From positions 173,275,574 to 173,339,573 of the forward strand of contig NC_085841.1 in assembly GCF_035594765.1 (NCBI RefSeq): a DNA stretch of 64,000 nucleotides, in the 5' to 3' direction. This DNA comes from Anolis carolinensis (taxonomy: Eukaryota). The position numbers and the translations under genes are program-made. Positions 1-13,076 of the stretch are shown here, in pieces (within the stretch, counting starts at the first letter, position 1; the number at the start of each line of letters is the position of its first letter). The notes under the pieces were generated by a model. The model was not told the origin of the DNA. It was given only the letters and a program-made list of their open reading frames with translations, and made no database searches.

Positions 1-137
1 TTACCCAAGAAAGGGAGGTTGGAGATTGGTCTGAAATTGTTCAGCACCGTGGAGTCAAGGGAAACCTTTTTAAGGAGTGGACGAATCACAGCTTGTTTCA
101 GGAAAGATGGAAAAAACCCCTGCTCCAACGATGAGGC
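1..137 (-). mobile_element. L2-type LINE ORF2 fragment
   Basis: Minus strand reads [43 protein letters not shown], the conserved pre-RT segment of L2/CR1-group ORF2. Confidence 0.75.
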
Positions 138-139
138 AA

Positions 140-1157
140 GTGGAGTGAATATGTATCTGTGGAATGTCCAGGGTGGGAGAAACAACCCTTGTCTGTGTGA
201 AGCATGTATGAATGTTGCAATTAGCAAGCTTGATTAGCAAGTTTCTGAGCGGTGTTCTTTATTTACTGTCTTGAAACTGTTGTTTTTTTAAATACTGAGA
301 ACCAGATTTTGTTCATTTTCATAGTTTCCTCCTTTCTGTTTCTGTTGAAATTGCCCACATGCTTGTGGATTTTAATGGCATTTCTGTGTAGTCTGACATG
401 GCCGTTGTTGTCTAGAATTTCTGTGTTCTTAAATAATATTCTGTGTCCAGGTTGGTTCATCAAGTGTTCTGCTATAGCTGACTTCTCTGATGTCTGATAG
501 TCTGATGTGCCTTTCATGTTCTTTGATTCTTGTCCGGTGTTGCATTTGATGGTCCCTGTGTAGACTTGTTCACAGCTGCATGGTATACGGTAGACTGCTG
601 CAGTGGTGAGCAAATCCCTCTTATCCTTTGCTGAATGTAACATTCATTCAAGTTTCTTAGTGGGTCTGTAGATTGTAGGTTGTGTTTCTTCATCAGCTTC
701 CATATGTGGTCAATGGTTCCCTTGGTGTATGGTAAGAACACTTTTCCTCTAGGTGGATCTTTGTCTTTACTCTTGTGACCTGTTCTTGCTCTTGCAGCTC
801 TTCTGATGTTACCTCCCAAACAAATGATGCCTCCAGGTGCAACAGCGAGTCTATCTGTATGCAAATACCCTCACTGACTGTGCAGCTGAAAGGCTATTCA
901 GTGCTAATCAAGCTTGCTAATTGCAACATTCACACTTGCTTCAAACAGACAAGGATTCTTTCTCCCACCCTGGATCTTCCACTGATATATACACTCCACT
1001 TGCCTCACCTCCTAAAGACCTCTGAACAAACCTCTGAAGATGCCAGCCACAGATGCAGTGAAACATCACGAGAGAATACTATTGGAACATGGCCATAAAG
1101 CCCAAAAACTCACAACAACCCAGTGGTTCTGACCATGAAAGCCTTCAACAATGCATT
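140..1157 (-). mobile_element. Penelope-like element: GIY-YIG endonuclease remnant with inverted pseudo-LTR
   Basis: ORFs 514-864 (KVFLPYTKG) and 263-643 (VYRIPCSCEQVYTG...SAIAEH) resemble the PLE linker and GIY-YIG domain. 150-238 and 901-990 are inverted copies of each other, the typical PLE inverted pLTR. Confidence 0.85.
1031..1070 (+). ncRNA. degenerate minimal hammerhead ribozyme in Penelope pLTR
   Basis: cct-CTGAAGA-tgccagccacagatgcagt-GAAA-cATC-acg; stems I and II are decayed. Confidence 0.55.
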
Positions 1158-1724
1158 CAGTCTTTCCATGTTTGTGATTTAAATTCATTCACATATTTCT
1201 GGACAAAATGTATTTGATCTTCGCAATTCATTACTGGTTTGGTTTACTTCCTTCTTTCCTTATCTTCCTACCTCTCTTTTTTGTATCTCAGTTGAAAGGG
1301 CATTGAGGGTGTTTATAAAGATGGGTCAGAAAGGAAGTGGTCTCAAGATCGTGGCAAAAAGATGCAGAGTTTGTACAGGCTACGGACGCCATGACTTCTG
1401 CTAATCAGAACATATAAGGGCTATCCATGGACCTCCCTAAGATTTAGCTCAGTTTTTCCTTCCTTCACAAAGTATTAGTCCCCAATGGAGACGAATGTAT
1501 TGTTCCTAATGGAGAAAAGATATTAGTCCCCCAGTGGAGATTGATAACAAAGTACTGTTCAGGGTAATTTGGTTTTCCTCATGATTTTCAAACACATGAT
1601 TTTCCTTAGAAGTTCCTCTCTTAGCCGTGCTGATGAAATTTGCTATGATCTGATTTGGAAAAGAAATTTGTCAGTCTTGTCCTGCTTGGCTGTAGGATGA
1701 ATAGAATGTTGTCTCCCTCTAAAG

Positions 1725-1854
1725 CAGTGGTTCTCAACCTGTGGGTCCCAAGATCTTTTGGTCTTCATCACCCAGGAATCCTAACAGCTGGTAAACTGGC
1801 TGGGATTTCTGTTATAGGCCAAAACACCTGGGACCCACAGGTTGAGAACCACGG
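1725..1854. mobile_element. hAT-type MITE
   Basis: TIRs cagtggttctcaacctgtgggtccc / gggacccacaggttgagaaccacgg; 8-bp TSD ctctaaag/ctctaagg. Confidence 0.85.
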
Positions 1855-2613
1855 CTCTAAGGCTCTCTGTTGCTATGAATATAAAATAAAAGACTGTAAT
1901 ATGCAGTCAGCATTTGAGGTCAACGTGCTTCTTCACAACATGTCTAGATGCATTTTCAGAGTTTGCAAAAGTTCCTTTTGAACAACAAATGCCAGAATCC
2001 TTAAAACAATGTGGCCACTGATTATGCCAGCTATTTAGAAACTGTAGAACATTCCTGGGCTTAGTGGTGTTTTTTTAAAAGAATGTTACTCCATACTAAA
2101 TCTTACTGAGAATCATAGAGTTTGAAGAGATCGCAAGGACCATCCAGGCCAACCTCCTCCTGCTGTGTAGGAATACATAATCAAAGCACTCCAAACAGAT
2201 GCCCCCAGAGAAGGAGACTCCACCCTGAGAAGGAAGCATATGCTATTGCCAAATAACTCCTAGCACCAGGAAACATTTAATAATGTTAATGTAGAATCTC
2301 TTTTCCTGTAATTTGAACCCTTTTCTCCAAGTTCTAGTCTCTAAAGCAGCAGAAAACAAGCTTGCTTCATCCTCAGTATGGATGCCTTTCAAATAGTTAA
2401 ACATACCTGTCATATCCCCTCTCAACTTTTTCTCCTCCAAGCTAAACATACCCAATTCCCTAAACTGCTCCTCATAGAGCTTGACTTTCAGACCATTTTT
2501 CGTCGCCCTTCTCTGGACATATTCCAGTTTGTCAATATCTTTCATGAATTGCGGTGCCCAGAACTGGACACAGTATTCCATGTGAGCTCTGACTAAAGCA
2601 GAATAGAGTGGGA

Positions 2614-2936
2614 CAGTAGAGTCTCACTTATCCAACACTCACTTATTCAACGTTCTGGATTATCCAACGCATTTTTGTAGTCAATGTTTTCAATACATCG
2701 TGATATTTTGGTGCTAAATTTGTAAATACAGTAATTACAACATAACATTACTGCATATTGAACTACTTTTTCTGCCAAATTTGTTGTATAACCTGATGTT
2801 TTTGTGCTTAATTTGTAAAATCATAACCTGATTTGATGTTTAATAGGCTTTTCCTTAATGCCTCCTTATTATCCAACATATTCGCTTATCCAACATTCTG
2901 CCGGCCCGTTTATGTTGGATAAGTGAGACTCTACTG
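2614..2936. mobile_element. Tc1/mariner-type MITE (cagtagagtctcacttatccaac family)
   Basis: 23-bp TIR; same family at 12485, 37997 and 41839 with TA TSDs. Confidence 0.9.
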
Positions 2937-3469
2937 TACTATTACTTTCTTGATCGAGACAATATACTCTTATTGATGCAGCCTAGAATCGCATTGGCTT
3001 TTTTAGCTGCTGCATCATACTGTTCACTCATGTTCAAGTTGTGGTCTACTAAGACACATAGTTCCCTTTCACATGTACTGTTTTCAAGCCAGATGTCTCC
3101 CATGTTATATCTCTGTGTTTATTTCCCTGCCTAAGTGTAGTATCTTACATTTTCCCCTGCTGAAATTCTCTAACATGTTATGGTCATTTTGGATTCTGAT
3201 CCCATTCTTTGGGGTATTAGCTATTTCTGCCACTCTAGTGTCATCTGCAGATTTGTTATGCATGCATGCCCTCTATTCTGTCATCCAAGTCATTGATAAA
3301 TATATTGAATTGCACTGGGCCCAGGGCCGAACCCTGTGGCAACCCATTCTTCCTTCTCTTCAGGATGAAGAGTAGCCATTGGTCAGAACCCTCTGGGTTT
3401 GGCCAGTATATCAATTCCCAATCTGCCTCACAGTAGCATTGTCTAGCCTACATTTTACTAGCTTCTTTT

Positions 3470-3873
3470 GTGAAGTGGCTTAAAGAACTGGGCATGTTTA
3501 GCCTGCAGACGAGAAGGCTGAGAGGAGACATGATGAGAGCCATGTATAAATATCTGAGGGGAAGTCATAAGGAGAGGAGGGAGCAGGCTTGTTTTCTGCT
3601 GCCCTGGAGACTAGGATGCGGAACAATGGATTCAAACGACAGGAAAGGAGATTCCACCTGAACATTAGGAAGAACTTCCTCCCTGTGTGAGAGAGCTGTT
3701 CAGCAGTGGAACTCTCTGCCCCGGAGTGTGATGGAGGCTCCTTCTTTGGAGGCTTTTAAACAGAGGCTGGATGGCCATCTGTCAGGGGTGCTTTGAATGC
3801 GATTTTCCTGCTTCTTAACAGAGGGTGGGATTGGATAGTCCATGAGGTCTCTTCCAACCCTATGATTCTATGA
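3470..3873 (+). mobile_element. CR1 LINE 3' end
   Basis: LKELGMFSLQTRRLRGDM plus ctatgattctatga tail; nested in the opposite-strand CR1. Confidence 0.9.
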
Positions 3874-5443
3874 ATTCCATGTCAAAGACCTCACTGATAT
3901 CAAGATATGCTACATGTTTTTAAAATGTTGTACTCTGCTTTGAATCCCATGCTGGGAAAAAGGTGTGATATAAACAAAATAACGTATTGGTGAAATTCTC
4001 TAGGAAATGTTTGGAGTACACTATATACATTCTTTTCCGTTAACTCCTTAGCCTTGGAAGAAACACTTGTGCTGTTCTGGGAGTTTATTTACCAGGCTAC
4101 TTGAGTAAACGGGCTTTTATTTGGTAAGCAATCACTTCTCTATTTGAGCCTGTTTCTTAAAAATGTTTGAAGTAGTTGCCTTCTAGTTCTATAGCTCTCT
4201 TTTGTTCTTGCAGACAGGAGGCAATTTCCAAGACTCTTGGTTGTGGTCAGTCCTGGGAACTATAATTCTCAGAAGAAAATATGACAGGGTGTATGAACAA
4301 TACCACCAGTACAATTGAGTCAGTTTTATGGGTTGGCAAAGAACTCTTGGTTCCCAATCTTTCTTTGGCTATGCCCCACCTAAACATCTCAAAAATCCTG
4401 ATCGTCCCCAGATGACCTTATCACACAAACAGACACCTGTGTCGTTTTCCCAGCAAGCATGGTGAAACAGCAGGTGTGGCAACACTTCCACATCACACGG
4501 GGGGAGTGTTGCCCAACCAAGACAGAAGTCTGCTAGCTCCATTGGAGCCAGCACAACATGGGAATCTTCCCATGTTGACGAGGAAGTGCCCTAGGATGCT
4601 TTCTCACTAGTTGGGGTGGGGTTTCGGCTGGGACATTGTGTGATGGTCTGTGTGCCCATTCATCCCTCAGCTGGCTGGCAAGCATCCTAGGACACTTAAA
4701 TCAGTACGTGTGATGAGGTCCTAACTCTTATTATTCAAAAAGGTAACTCTTATTCATCTGGAAGAACCCTAAAAGGTCATTAACTTGTTCTAAACAAGCT
4801 TCCAAATAGCATGGCATCCATGAAAGAGAAAGGTAAAAGTGCGGAAGGACAGGTGAAATACTGCGGAAGAAGTCACTAAGAAATTGTTAAAATAATAATA
4901 ATATGAAGCAATATGAAAAAATAGCAAATAAAGCCTCATGACATATAATAGAGAACAAAAAATAAATATAAAGTAATTTTAATGGAAGCTTTTTTCTTTG
5001 ATCATTTTAATTACTATTAAAAAGTCATTTTATATATTTTGTATAGCTTCTCATCTTAAAAGAATATGGAGAGGAGTGGGGTGTTCGGACTGAAAGTGAC
5101 CCCTCTTTTCAGTGCTCATGCACTCTCACCTTAACACTCTCACCATTCCTCTCTTAGTTGGCTTTCCTTCTCTCTGTCATCCCCAGTTGACTGCCGTGTA
5201 CATTGTGATTTTAATTTTTAAAAAGTGTATGTCACAATATTTATTTCTATACTGTATGGAAGTCCCCTAGAACGATAAGAAATGCAAAAAAATCACTTAT
5301 TAATAACTCATTCTCAAATTGCCCCCATTAAAATGAAATAACCCCCCTGCTGGGCATGTGCCTCATGTTGGGAACCAGGGGGTGAGGGTTTTTTTGGGTG
5401 GGGGTTGTACATATTAGCAAAGGAAGCTCATAACTCTCAGGCT

Positions 5444-6682
5444 GTTTATTTATTTCGTGTCAATAGCATTGCGTAAATATGTACATTTAAAATGAATAAA
5501 ATAAAGAGATCACAAGCAGCTAAATAGTTTTAGATCAAAAACAAGCAACAGCGACTGCATTGTCTGTAGCTTTAAACATTTCTTCCTCTGTGCATGAGAC
5601 ATGGCATTGTGGGCAAGCATACAGATGCAGAGTTGTTTGTTCTGCTCCACAGTTGTACAAAGTGGAGGATTCTTTTTGGTATTGCCATTTTGCCAGGTTG
5701 TCTTTTGATCTGCCCACTCCGCTTCTGAGTTTGTTCAAGGACTTCAGGTTGCCCAGTCTTGGTTTGCCCCTGGAGGCAAACCCTTGTCGGGGGGGCAGGG
5801 GCTGCCCAGAGGGATACTCTTGCTGTTCTTGGGGAAATGTTAAGAGAAGTAGTGGTTTGAGGCATGGCTTTCACAGTGTTCAACCTTACTTCTCTCGCAA
5901 TTGGCAGCAGCTTCTTATCGCACATCGGAGGGGGGGGGGGGGGCAATGCCAGCTAGCTTAAGGTGTAGGCTTAAGACATCCTGTGATTATTCTACATGTC
6001 TCATTCAGTGTTATATCACATGCTTTGTGTGGGCAAATTTATGTCAGACAGGGCAGGCATACCCAGCAATTGAGTAAGATAAGGCCAGGGCTGATGTTCT
6101 TATTAATTTTGGGTCTGCACCCCATGCGCTGCCAGTAAGTTTATGCAGGATGTTATTGCATGCAGCTACTTTGTGCTTGGTGTTCACACAGTGTTTCCTA
6201 AATGTTAGTGTTCGGTCTAAGGTGACGCCAAGATATTTATGGTAGGAACAGTATTCAAGCATTTGACCTTCCCAGGTAATCTTCAGTTTCCTTTTGGTTT
6301 CACGATTACATAGATGGAAAGCACACACTTGTGTCTTGGCAGGGTTAGGCTTCAGGTGGTTATCTCTGTAGTACCTGGAGAGATCTTTCAGGATATTAGT
6401 AAGTTGGTTTTCAACAGTTTCAAAGTCTTTTGCTTGTGTTGTTAGGCCAAGGTCATCAGCATATATAAAGCTCTTTGTGAGTGGTGGTTGTGGCTGACAG
6501 TTAGTAAAAATGTTAAACAAGATTGGGGCAAGAATGCTGCCTTGAGGTAGACCATTCTTGTGCCTCCTTCATCTACTTTCCTGCCCTGAAACTCCACATA
6601 GAAGCTGCGGTTTTCTAAGAGAGTCTGGATGGTTTTTGTAAAATCGTAGTCCTGGGTGATATGGTAGACTTCATGCAAAAGG
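5444..6682 (-). mobile_element. Vingi (Ingi-related) non-LTR retrotransposon, 5'-truncated
   Basis: RT fragment FIYADDL..KPNPAKTQVCAFHL..KYLGVTLDRTL (6044-6520), C-terminal CGAEQT..H..C knuckle (5535-5738), and 3' end gacacgaaataaataaa. Confidence 0.75.
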
Positions 6683-6699
6683 AGAGACATAGAAACAGA

Positions 6700-8327
6700 T
6701 ATAGAGGGTAATGAAGTCGAGCTAGAATTTGGAGGGTCTCACCCAAAGAGAGAGAGCCTACAGACCCACCAAATAAGGGTCTGATACCCTGGTGAGAAAA
6801 AGAGAGCCTCTAGATAAAGGATTCCCCTTGAATTTCCCAAATAAATCTCACCAGAGCTGAAGAAAAATGCCACCGAGTCGTTTATTGCGATCCAGCTGGA
6901 AAGGATGTCAAACCATGATAATTCGTCAAGCAGACACACTACACAAAGCATTACAGTACACTTTATAGCAGAAAAAACAGGGCGGTCAATTTCAAATCTC
7001 CAGCTCCCACCCCCCCTCTGCTGGCTTCGTGCTGATTGGCTGTTGTTGTCCTCTGGAGAGGAGGTGTGGACGCCTCAGCCAATCAGAAAGCCAGCGCCGC
7101 TTCGGAATTTGAGGGGATTGTAATGACTCAATGGGTGTCCAGCAGCTGGCGATAACCCCTGGGGGTCCTCCAGCCAGCTAGGTATTATTTCAAGTAGTGA
7201 GAATATACATCTGAGTCTGACGTGGCCGTCAGGATCCGGATTTTCCAGGAACTGGATATGGAAGCAAATAGGCGGGATTATGATAGTAGTTTTGGCCAGG
7301 GTGCAGAGACAAAGGAAGAGGCAGTTTGGAACAATCTCAGCTTTTCGAAGGTGGATTGTCCCTCATTGGAATATGACAGGATTACCAGGTGGCACCCTTC
7401 TCCAGGTGGCCTTGCTCTGAAACCTGGAGAGGATGTCTATTGTTCTTATCCATACAAAGAGTCTTTTGGTTGAGTCTTTTTGTCAAGGGATTATTCACCC
7501 TCAGAAATGAGAAGGTTTCCCTGGGGGCTGGTGTCACACAGGGGTGGCACTTCATATTTTATATTTCATATATGGGGCATTGAGGAAAGGGAGACATGCA
7601 AGGGATATTCATGGAGGAGAAAAATATCATATTGACCCATCCCATCCACCAAAGAGTCCAAGATAAGCTCATATATCACAAGGGAAAACATGGGATCCAG
7701 GGGAGAAAAGGTTAGTTTTCCCTATCCCCAATAAATCTATAAATAAAATGATAAAGTGATAGTGCATAAAAGTTTATAAGAAGACAAAAAAAGGGTTGAT
7801 TTGGAGCCCATGGAGCTGGTTGAAAGGAAAAGCAGGATGGAGGGTAAGTTATAGTTTCCCAAGGGTTAGTGCAGCCCGGAATGGGTGCTGGGGGGGGGGG
7901 GGGGGAGATAGAGATAGAGCCTTTTGGGGCTCAAAGGGAGGGGGGGGAAGAGAATCTCGAACCCCAGAATCAGAAAAGAGTGATACATAGTAATACATGC
8001 AATAGTGAAAGGGGGAAAAAGATATAAATGAAATGTAAGCAGATAGGTGACACAACACTTGTTTTTCTGGTTTTTCTTCTTCTGTGACCCTAGAGATGAT
8101 TAGATCAACCCAGATGTATAGGCATGCATATTTTCTTCTGCCAGCTCAGAAAATAGCTGGGTCATTAGAGTTTTGGCCAAGTCAAAAGGTCACTTTGTCT
8201 CATGCTACCTGGATCCCAACCTATTTTACTGGTCTACCTTGGCTTCACATATTTATATGTGAACCTTATTATAAATCATCTTTTTGTGCAAAAGGGGGGG
8301 GGGGGTCCCTGTTCGGCATCAGTAACA
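6700..8327 (-). mobile_element. possible solo LTR / ERV-like insert
   Basis: On the minus strand, in U3-R order: TGTTAC start (8327), paired CCAAT boxes (7034, 7079), TATAAA (6962-6967), AATAAA (6881-6886). No TSD found. Confidence 0.35.
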
Positions 8328-11300
8328 CACCAAGGTGCTTGTTTATTTAGGGTTTGGGGAACAATATAACTAATAAAAGGAAAAATTGTATTGAAAAGTA
8401 TCCTGGGCACTGGTAGGTGCTGCTGGGGCTTCTCCATACCTCCAGACATTCGTAAGCCAATCTATGGAGATTCCCACTATGTGCAAAACTCTCAGCTGCA
8501 GTACTAAGTTTATCAATTTAATATTTTGACCCGGGGGAGGGGGCTTGTTCGACAACATAATGACTGCTAAATGATAATGTTAACACTTCTGCCCAAGCTC
8601 TACTGCAGTCTGAGGATGGTGGGCAGCTTGAAAGCTGCTTGCTATTTCTCCTGCTTCAGTGCTCACTGCTGAAGAAACAAAACCCAAAGCCTGTGTCAAT
8701 TGCAATAACCTTTGAAGCAGAAACAGCAAATGAAGATCTCATTAGAGAATACAAATTCTTTGAGTCTACTTTTGGGGGAAAATACGTGTGAACACAGGCA
8801 GCTGTATGTATACCCTTCTGGCCCAGGCTCCCTGCCTGGGATACAATACAATACAATAGTATCGTAATCTTGAACAAAAAGTGACTTGGCTCCTGACTAG
8901 GCTGGAACTCGCCATTTTCTTCAGGAGCTACGTTGGAAACTTTGAAAATGAGTCCCAATTAAGGCATTGCCCAGAAGATGGCTGGGGCACATATTCCGTG
9001 GTCAACGATGCAAGCATAATTGTGTTCAATTAGTGTAATATAATCAAACGGCTGGAGACTATATCATGATGAGGGTTGCCAGGTCAGGAGCATCTCAGGC
9101 CCTGAGATGAAAGGGCTGAAACCTGAGAACCAGGAACAACTCCCTGTGGATGTCATGGGCAGTGGGCCTTTGTAATGTCATTACACATGATACATTATGC
9201 ACAATTGCCCAGTTATGTCATTTAGTTAATGAATATCAAGTCTAATGAAAGGGAAGGTATAAATTAAGTTTTCCAAGCTCAGCTTTGAATGGGGCAGGGA
9301 ATGCTTATCTCAGCTTTATGTTCATTAACTTTGAAAGCACTGTTTTTAGGAATGCATGGGAGTTGTAGCTGGATCACAACGTTTCCAAATTCTGGAGTCT
9401 GCAGTAGCTACTCCATATCTGTCAAATGTCCAAGGTGGGAGAAAGAAAGAAGAAAATAAGGAGAGTGTGGGGTCTAGGAAAGGCAAAAGGGGATATCTCA
9501 GGGCAGAGGAGTAGAAAAACCATGCCAGCCCTCCCAGATATGTATGCCCTTCCTTCTCCCCAATCACACCTTCTTGCTTGAAGCAAATCTGATTTCTCTT
9601 TTGTTGTTCTTGTTCTTTTAAGGATTGTATCTTAATCTTCTTGCAGAGCTTGGCTTGGAATAGGGTCTGCCCTCTGTATCCTTAAAATTTCTTTTATTGA
9701 ATACAAGATAACATAATCTTTGAGCAGATAATAAATGTCTATTGTGGGTTTACATTGTGGTAAAGCGTTTCTACATTATCTGATCATCTTCTTTACAAGT
9801 TCATTCTCCTTACATTTTTATTCTCCCCCCCCCCCCCCCTCTGTATCCATGCAGAGGGATATTGAAAATATTAATATATACTCGTAGATCAAAAAATCAA
9901 ACCTTGACTTTGCCATTTTATATAAGGAAAATCATTTTATTGCATCCTTGTATTTCACAGAACTTGAACATCCACAGATTTTGGTATTAATAAAGGATCC
10001 TGGAACCAAACCCCAGCGGATACTGAGGGTCCACTGTACAGTTAGCCCTCCATATCCATGGATATTTTTTAGAAAATGTGATGTGTGTACTAAGGTTGTG
10101 CAATTTGGCAAAAAACTGTCCTGTTTTGAGTGTCTGGTTTTTGGCTGCCCTCTGTTCCATTTTTAGGAAACTTCCCAAATTTAGGAGGGGTTTATGTTTT
10201 CATTCTGGAAAGATTAGGTCCATTAGCTCCATAGGAACCAGTTCGGCGAGGCTAATTTCTCCATCATTTTTAGGCCTATCAGCATGAAACTCACCTCACT
10301 TATAGGCCACATCTTCTATTGCAAGCCTGCCAAGTTTCAGGGCATTTTACTAATCCAAGTTTTTACCATCATATCTTTTAAAAGAAAACCCCCACAAGGG
10401 AATTTAAGTCCCAAGCACATGCCACAAGAGTGGAGGATAATGGACGGACACAGTCAGGAAGGCCTCTGATTGGCTGAGAAAGAAAGTGAGAAACACACGC
10501 TAGTCTCGTTTGCATGCATTCGGCAATTGAATCCACCAAATCATTCAAATGCGGTACACAAAAACGAAATCGTGCATACCCCTAGTGTGTACCTTAAACC
10601 TTGCCCACTCATGACCCCTTTCCACCAGAAAAATTTTTTCATGACCCAAAGTATTAATTTTTAATTCAAATATTTTAAGCTTATGTTTTAAATTTGTTTT
10701 TGTGGCATTGAATATTTGCCATATATAAGCTGCCTTGATTCCCCTTCGGGGTAGAGAAAGACAGGCTATAAATAGGGTAAAATAATAATAAATAAATATA
10801 AAAATAGGTATAAAAATCAAATATTTACTGATAATAAACCAGCATTTGCAAGACTTGGTAAACAGGTTGATTTTATTTTATGAAGTAGAGAGATTAAGCA
10901 TATTCTGCAGCGTCCACATTTTTGCTAGCAGATTTGCATAAATGTCATCACATGGACTTCTGGCTCTGTCTTAGGACACTTCCAGGATAGAGCCAAGATG
11001 GAGACACCGGAGTCCATCACGTGATGCAGGGCTTCTTTCAGTGGGGATCTTTCTTGGCTCCATCCTGGAAGCGTCTTAGGATGGAGCCCTGAGAATACGA
11101 ATGGCTCCTCGTGTTCTCATAGTGGACAGCAGGGATAGCATGGAGGGGAAGCCGGGGATGCGGGGCATGGGACAGCAGCTTTCCCACAGATTTGCCATGC
11201 TGCCCAGCAAACTCCTCCATTGTCACTCATGTTAGGGACCTCAATGTGATAAGATTCTAGATGGAGTTCAGAAACTTTGTTCTGTTGCCAAATTTTTCAT

Positions 11301-12187
11301 GACCCCAACATTCGGCAAAGGGGACCCATTTGGGGCCCACAGTTCAATAAGCTGTGATGTTTTTATTACTGAAAACAGCTAGCAGCCTGAAATGGTGGGA
11401 TAAGTGCCCTCAACACATTGCTACATTGAAGTCAGGTTGAAGAAGATGTAACGGGTACTTGGCACTAATGGATTTTGGAGGCTTGGAATGAAGAGTGAGG
11501 TTTAAGAAACCGTAAAGTCAATAAAGTGGGTAAACAAAGTCCTTGGTGAGTCTTGGGTCCTGGGGGTTACTGGCAATCACTTCTCAACAAGGAGTTAACT
11601 CACCCACTGGAAGTATCTGTGTAGTTTCTCAAAGCAGGGACATAGTCCAAAGTCACATATAGTATAAGTTATGATATTTATTAACTTGGGCTCTGGTAGA
11701 TCTTGTGCTGGTTCGTTGTATTGCAAGGGCAGAGTTGCAAAGAGAGAAATGGCAACATATTGGAGCTGGCAGTTCAGCTAGGCGAAGATCGCAATGATGA
11801 AGACTTCAGTAGCGGGGAAAAAGAAAAAAGACAATCCAGCAGATCTGGCAGGGAGAGCCGGGACTGTTTGTTAATTTGTTTGTGTGGTTTCATACATGTG
11901 TGTGTGTGTGTCTTGAGTTAAGGGAAATTCATTTTATTTGATTTATTTTACTTTCTCTGCTCATCATGAGGCTGAGAGGATGAGGCTCAAGAGATGAAGG
12001 AAAGGTCAACCCTGAGGTGTTGGAGTCACAGCCTAATCTTGGCTCTGTATTTCCTCAGGCTTGATCGGATTAAGGTTTTCCTCATGAAGGGCATGGATAT
12101 GCTTTTCAACCCAGTGGGGGAAGAATCTTGGCCTCTGGGAGGGATTTAATATTTATTATTCAATATTTTTTGTTAATACGGGTTAAG

Positions 12188-12837
12188 AGGGGCCGTGGTG
12201 GCGCAGTGGGTTAAACCCTAATCTGCAGAACTTACTGACTGGAAGGTTAGTGATTCAGATCCATGGGATGGGTTGAGCTCCTGTTGTTAACCCCAGCTTC
12301 TGCCAACCTAGCCGTTCGAAAACATGCAAATGTGAGTAGAAAAATAGGAACCACTTAGACGAGAAGGTAACGGTGCCCCATGCAGTCATGCCGGCCACAT
12401 GACCTTGGAGACGCCTATGGACAACGGCGGCTCTTTCGCTTAGAAATGGAGATGAGCACCAGCCCCCAGAGTTGGACTCAATTACAGTAGAGTCTCACTT
12501 ATCCAACATAAACGGCAGAATGTTGGATAAGCGAATATGTTGGATAATAAGGAGGGATTAAGGAAACGCCTATTAAACATAAAATTAGGTTATGATTTTA
12601 TAAATTAAGCACCAAAACATCACGTTTAACAACAAATTTGACAGAAAAAGTAGTTCAATACGCAGTAATGCCAAGAAGTAATTACTGTATTTATGAATTT
12701 AGCACCAAAATATCACGATGTATTGAAAACATTGACTACAGAAAGGCGTTGGATAATCCAGAACGTTGGATAAGCGAGTGTTGGATAAGTGAGACTCTAC
12801 TGTATACTTAATGTCAAGGGGAAACATTTACCCTTAC
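12188..12837 (+). mobile_element. Sauria SINE (contains MITE 12485-12802)
   Basis: A-box ggtggcgcagtgg, core cccagcttctgccaacctagc..gaaaacatgcaaatgtgagtaga, and tttacc-type tail. Confidence 0.85.
12485..12802. mobile_element. Tc1/mariner-type MITE
   Basis: TIR cagtagagtctcacttatccaac; TA TSD on both sides. Confidence 0.9.
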
Positions 12838-12941
12838 TTAATATGAGTTTGAACAGGCTTTTTCTCTTGGGAGGCTTGTTTGTGGCTAGGGAACCTTCAG
12901 AAAGAAAAGGACAACACTCAATAATCACAGAAACTATAGGC

Positions 12942-13076
12942 CAGTGGTTCTCAACCTGTGGGTCCCCAGGTGTTTTGGCCTACAACTCCCAGAAATCACA
13001 GCCAGTTTACCAGCTGTTAGGACTTCTGGGAGTTGAAGGCCAAAACATCTGGGGACCCACAGGTTGAGAACCACTG
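12942..13076. mobile_element. hAT-type MITE
   Basis: Near-fully palindromic; same family as 1725-1854; TSD ctataggc/ctatagag. Confidence 0.85.

Larger units (their letters stand above)
2108..3915 (-). mobile_element. CR1 LINE 3' portion, interrupted by a MITE and a second CR1
   Basis: ORF 2243-2581 [24 protein letters not shown]; CR1 tail at ~2110; homology resumes at 3878-3915. Confidence 0.85.
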
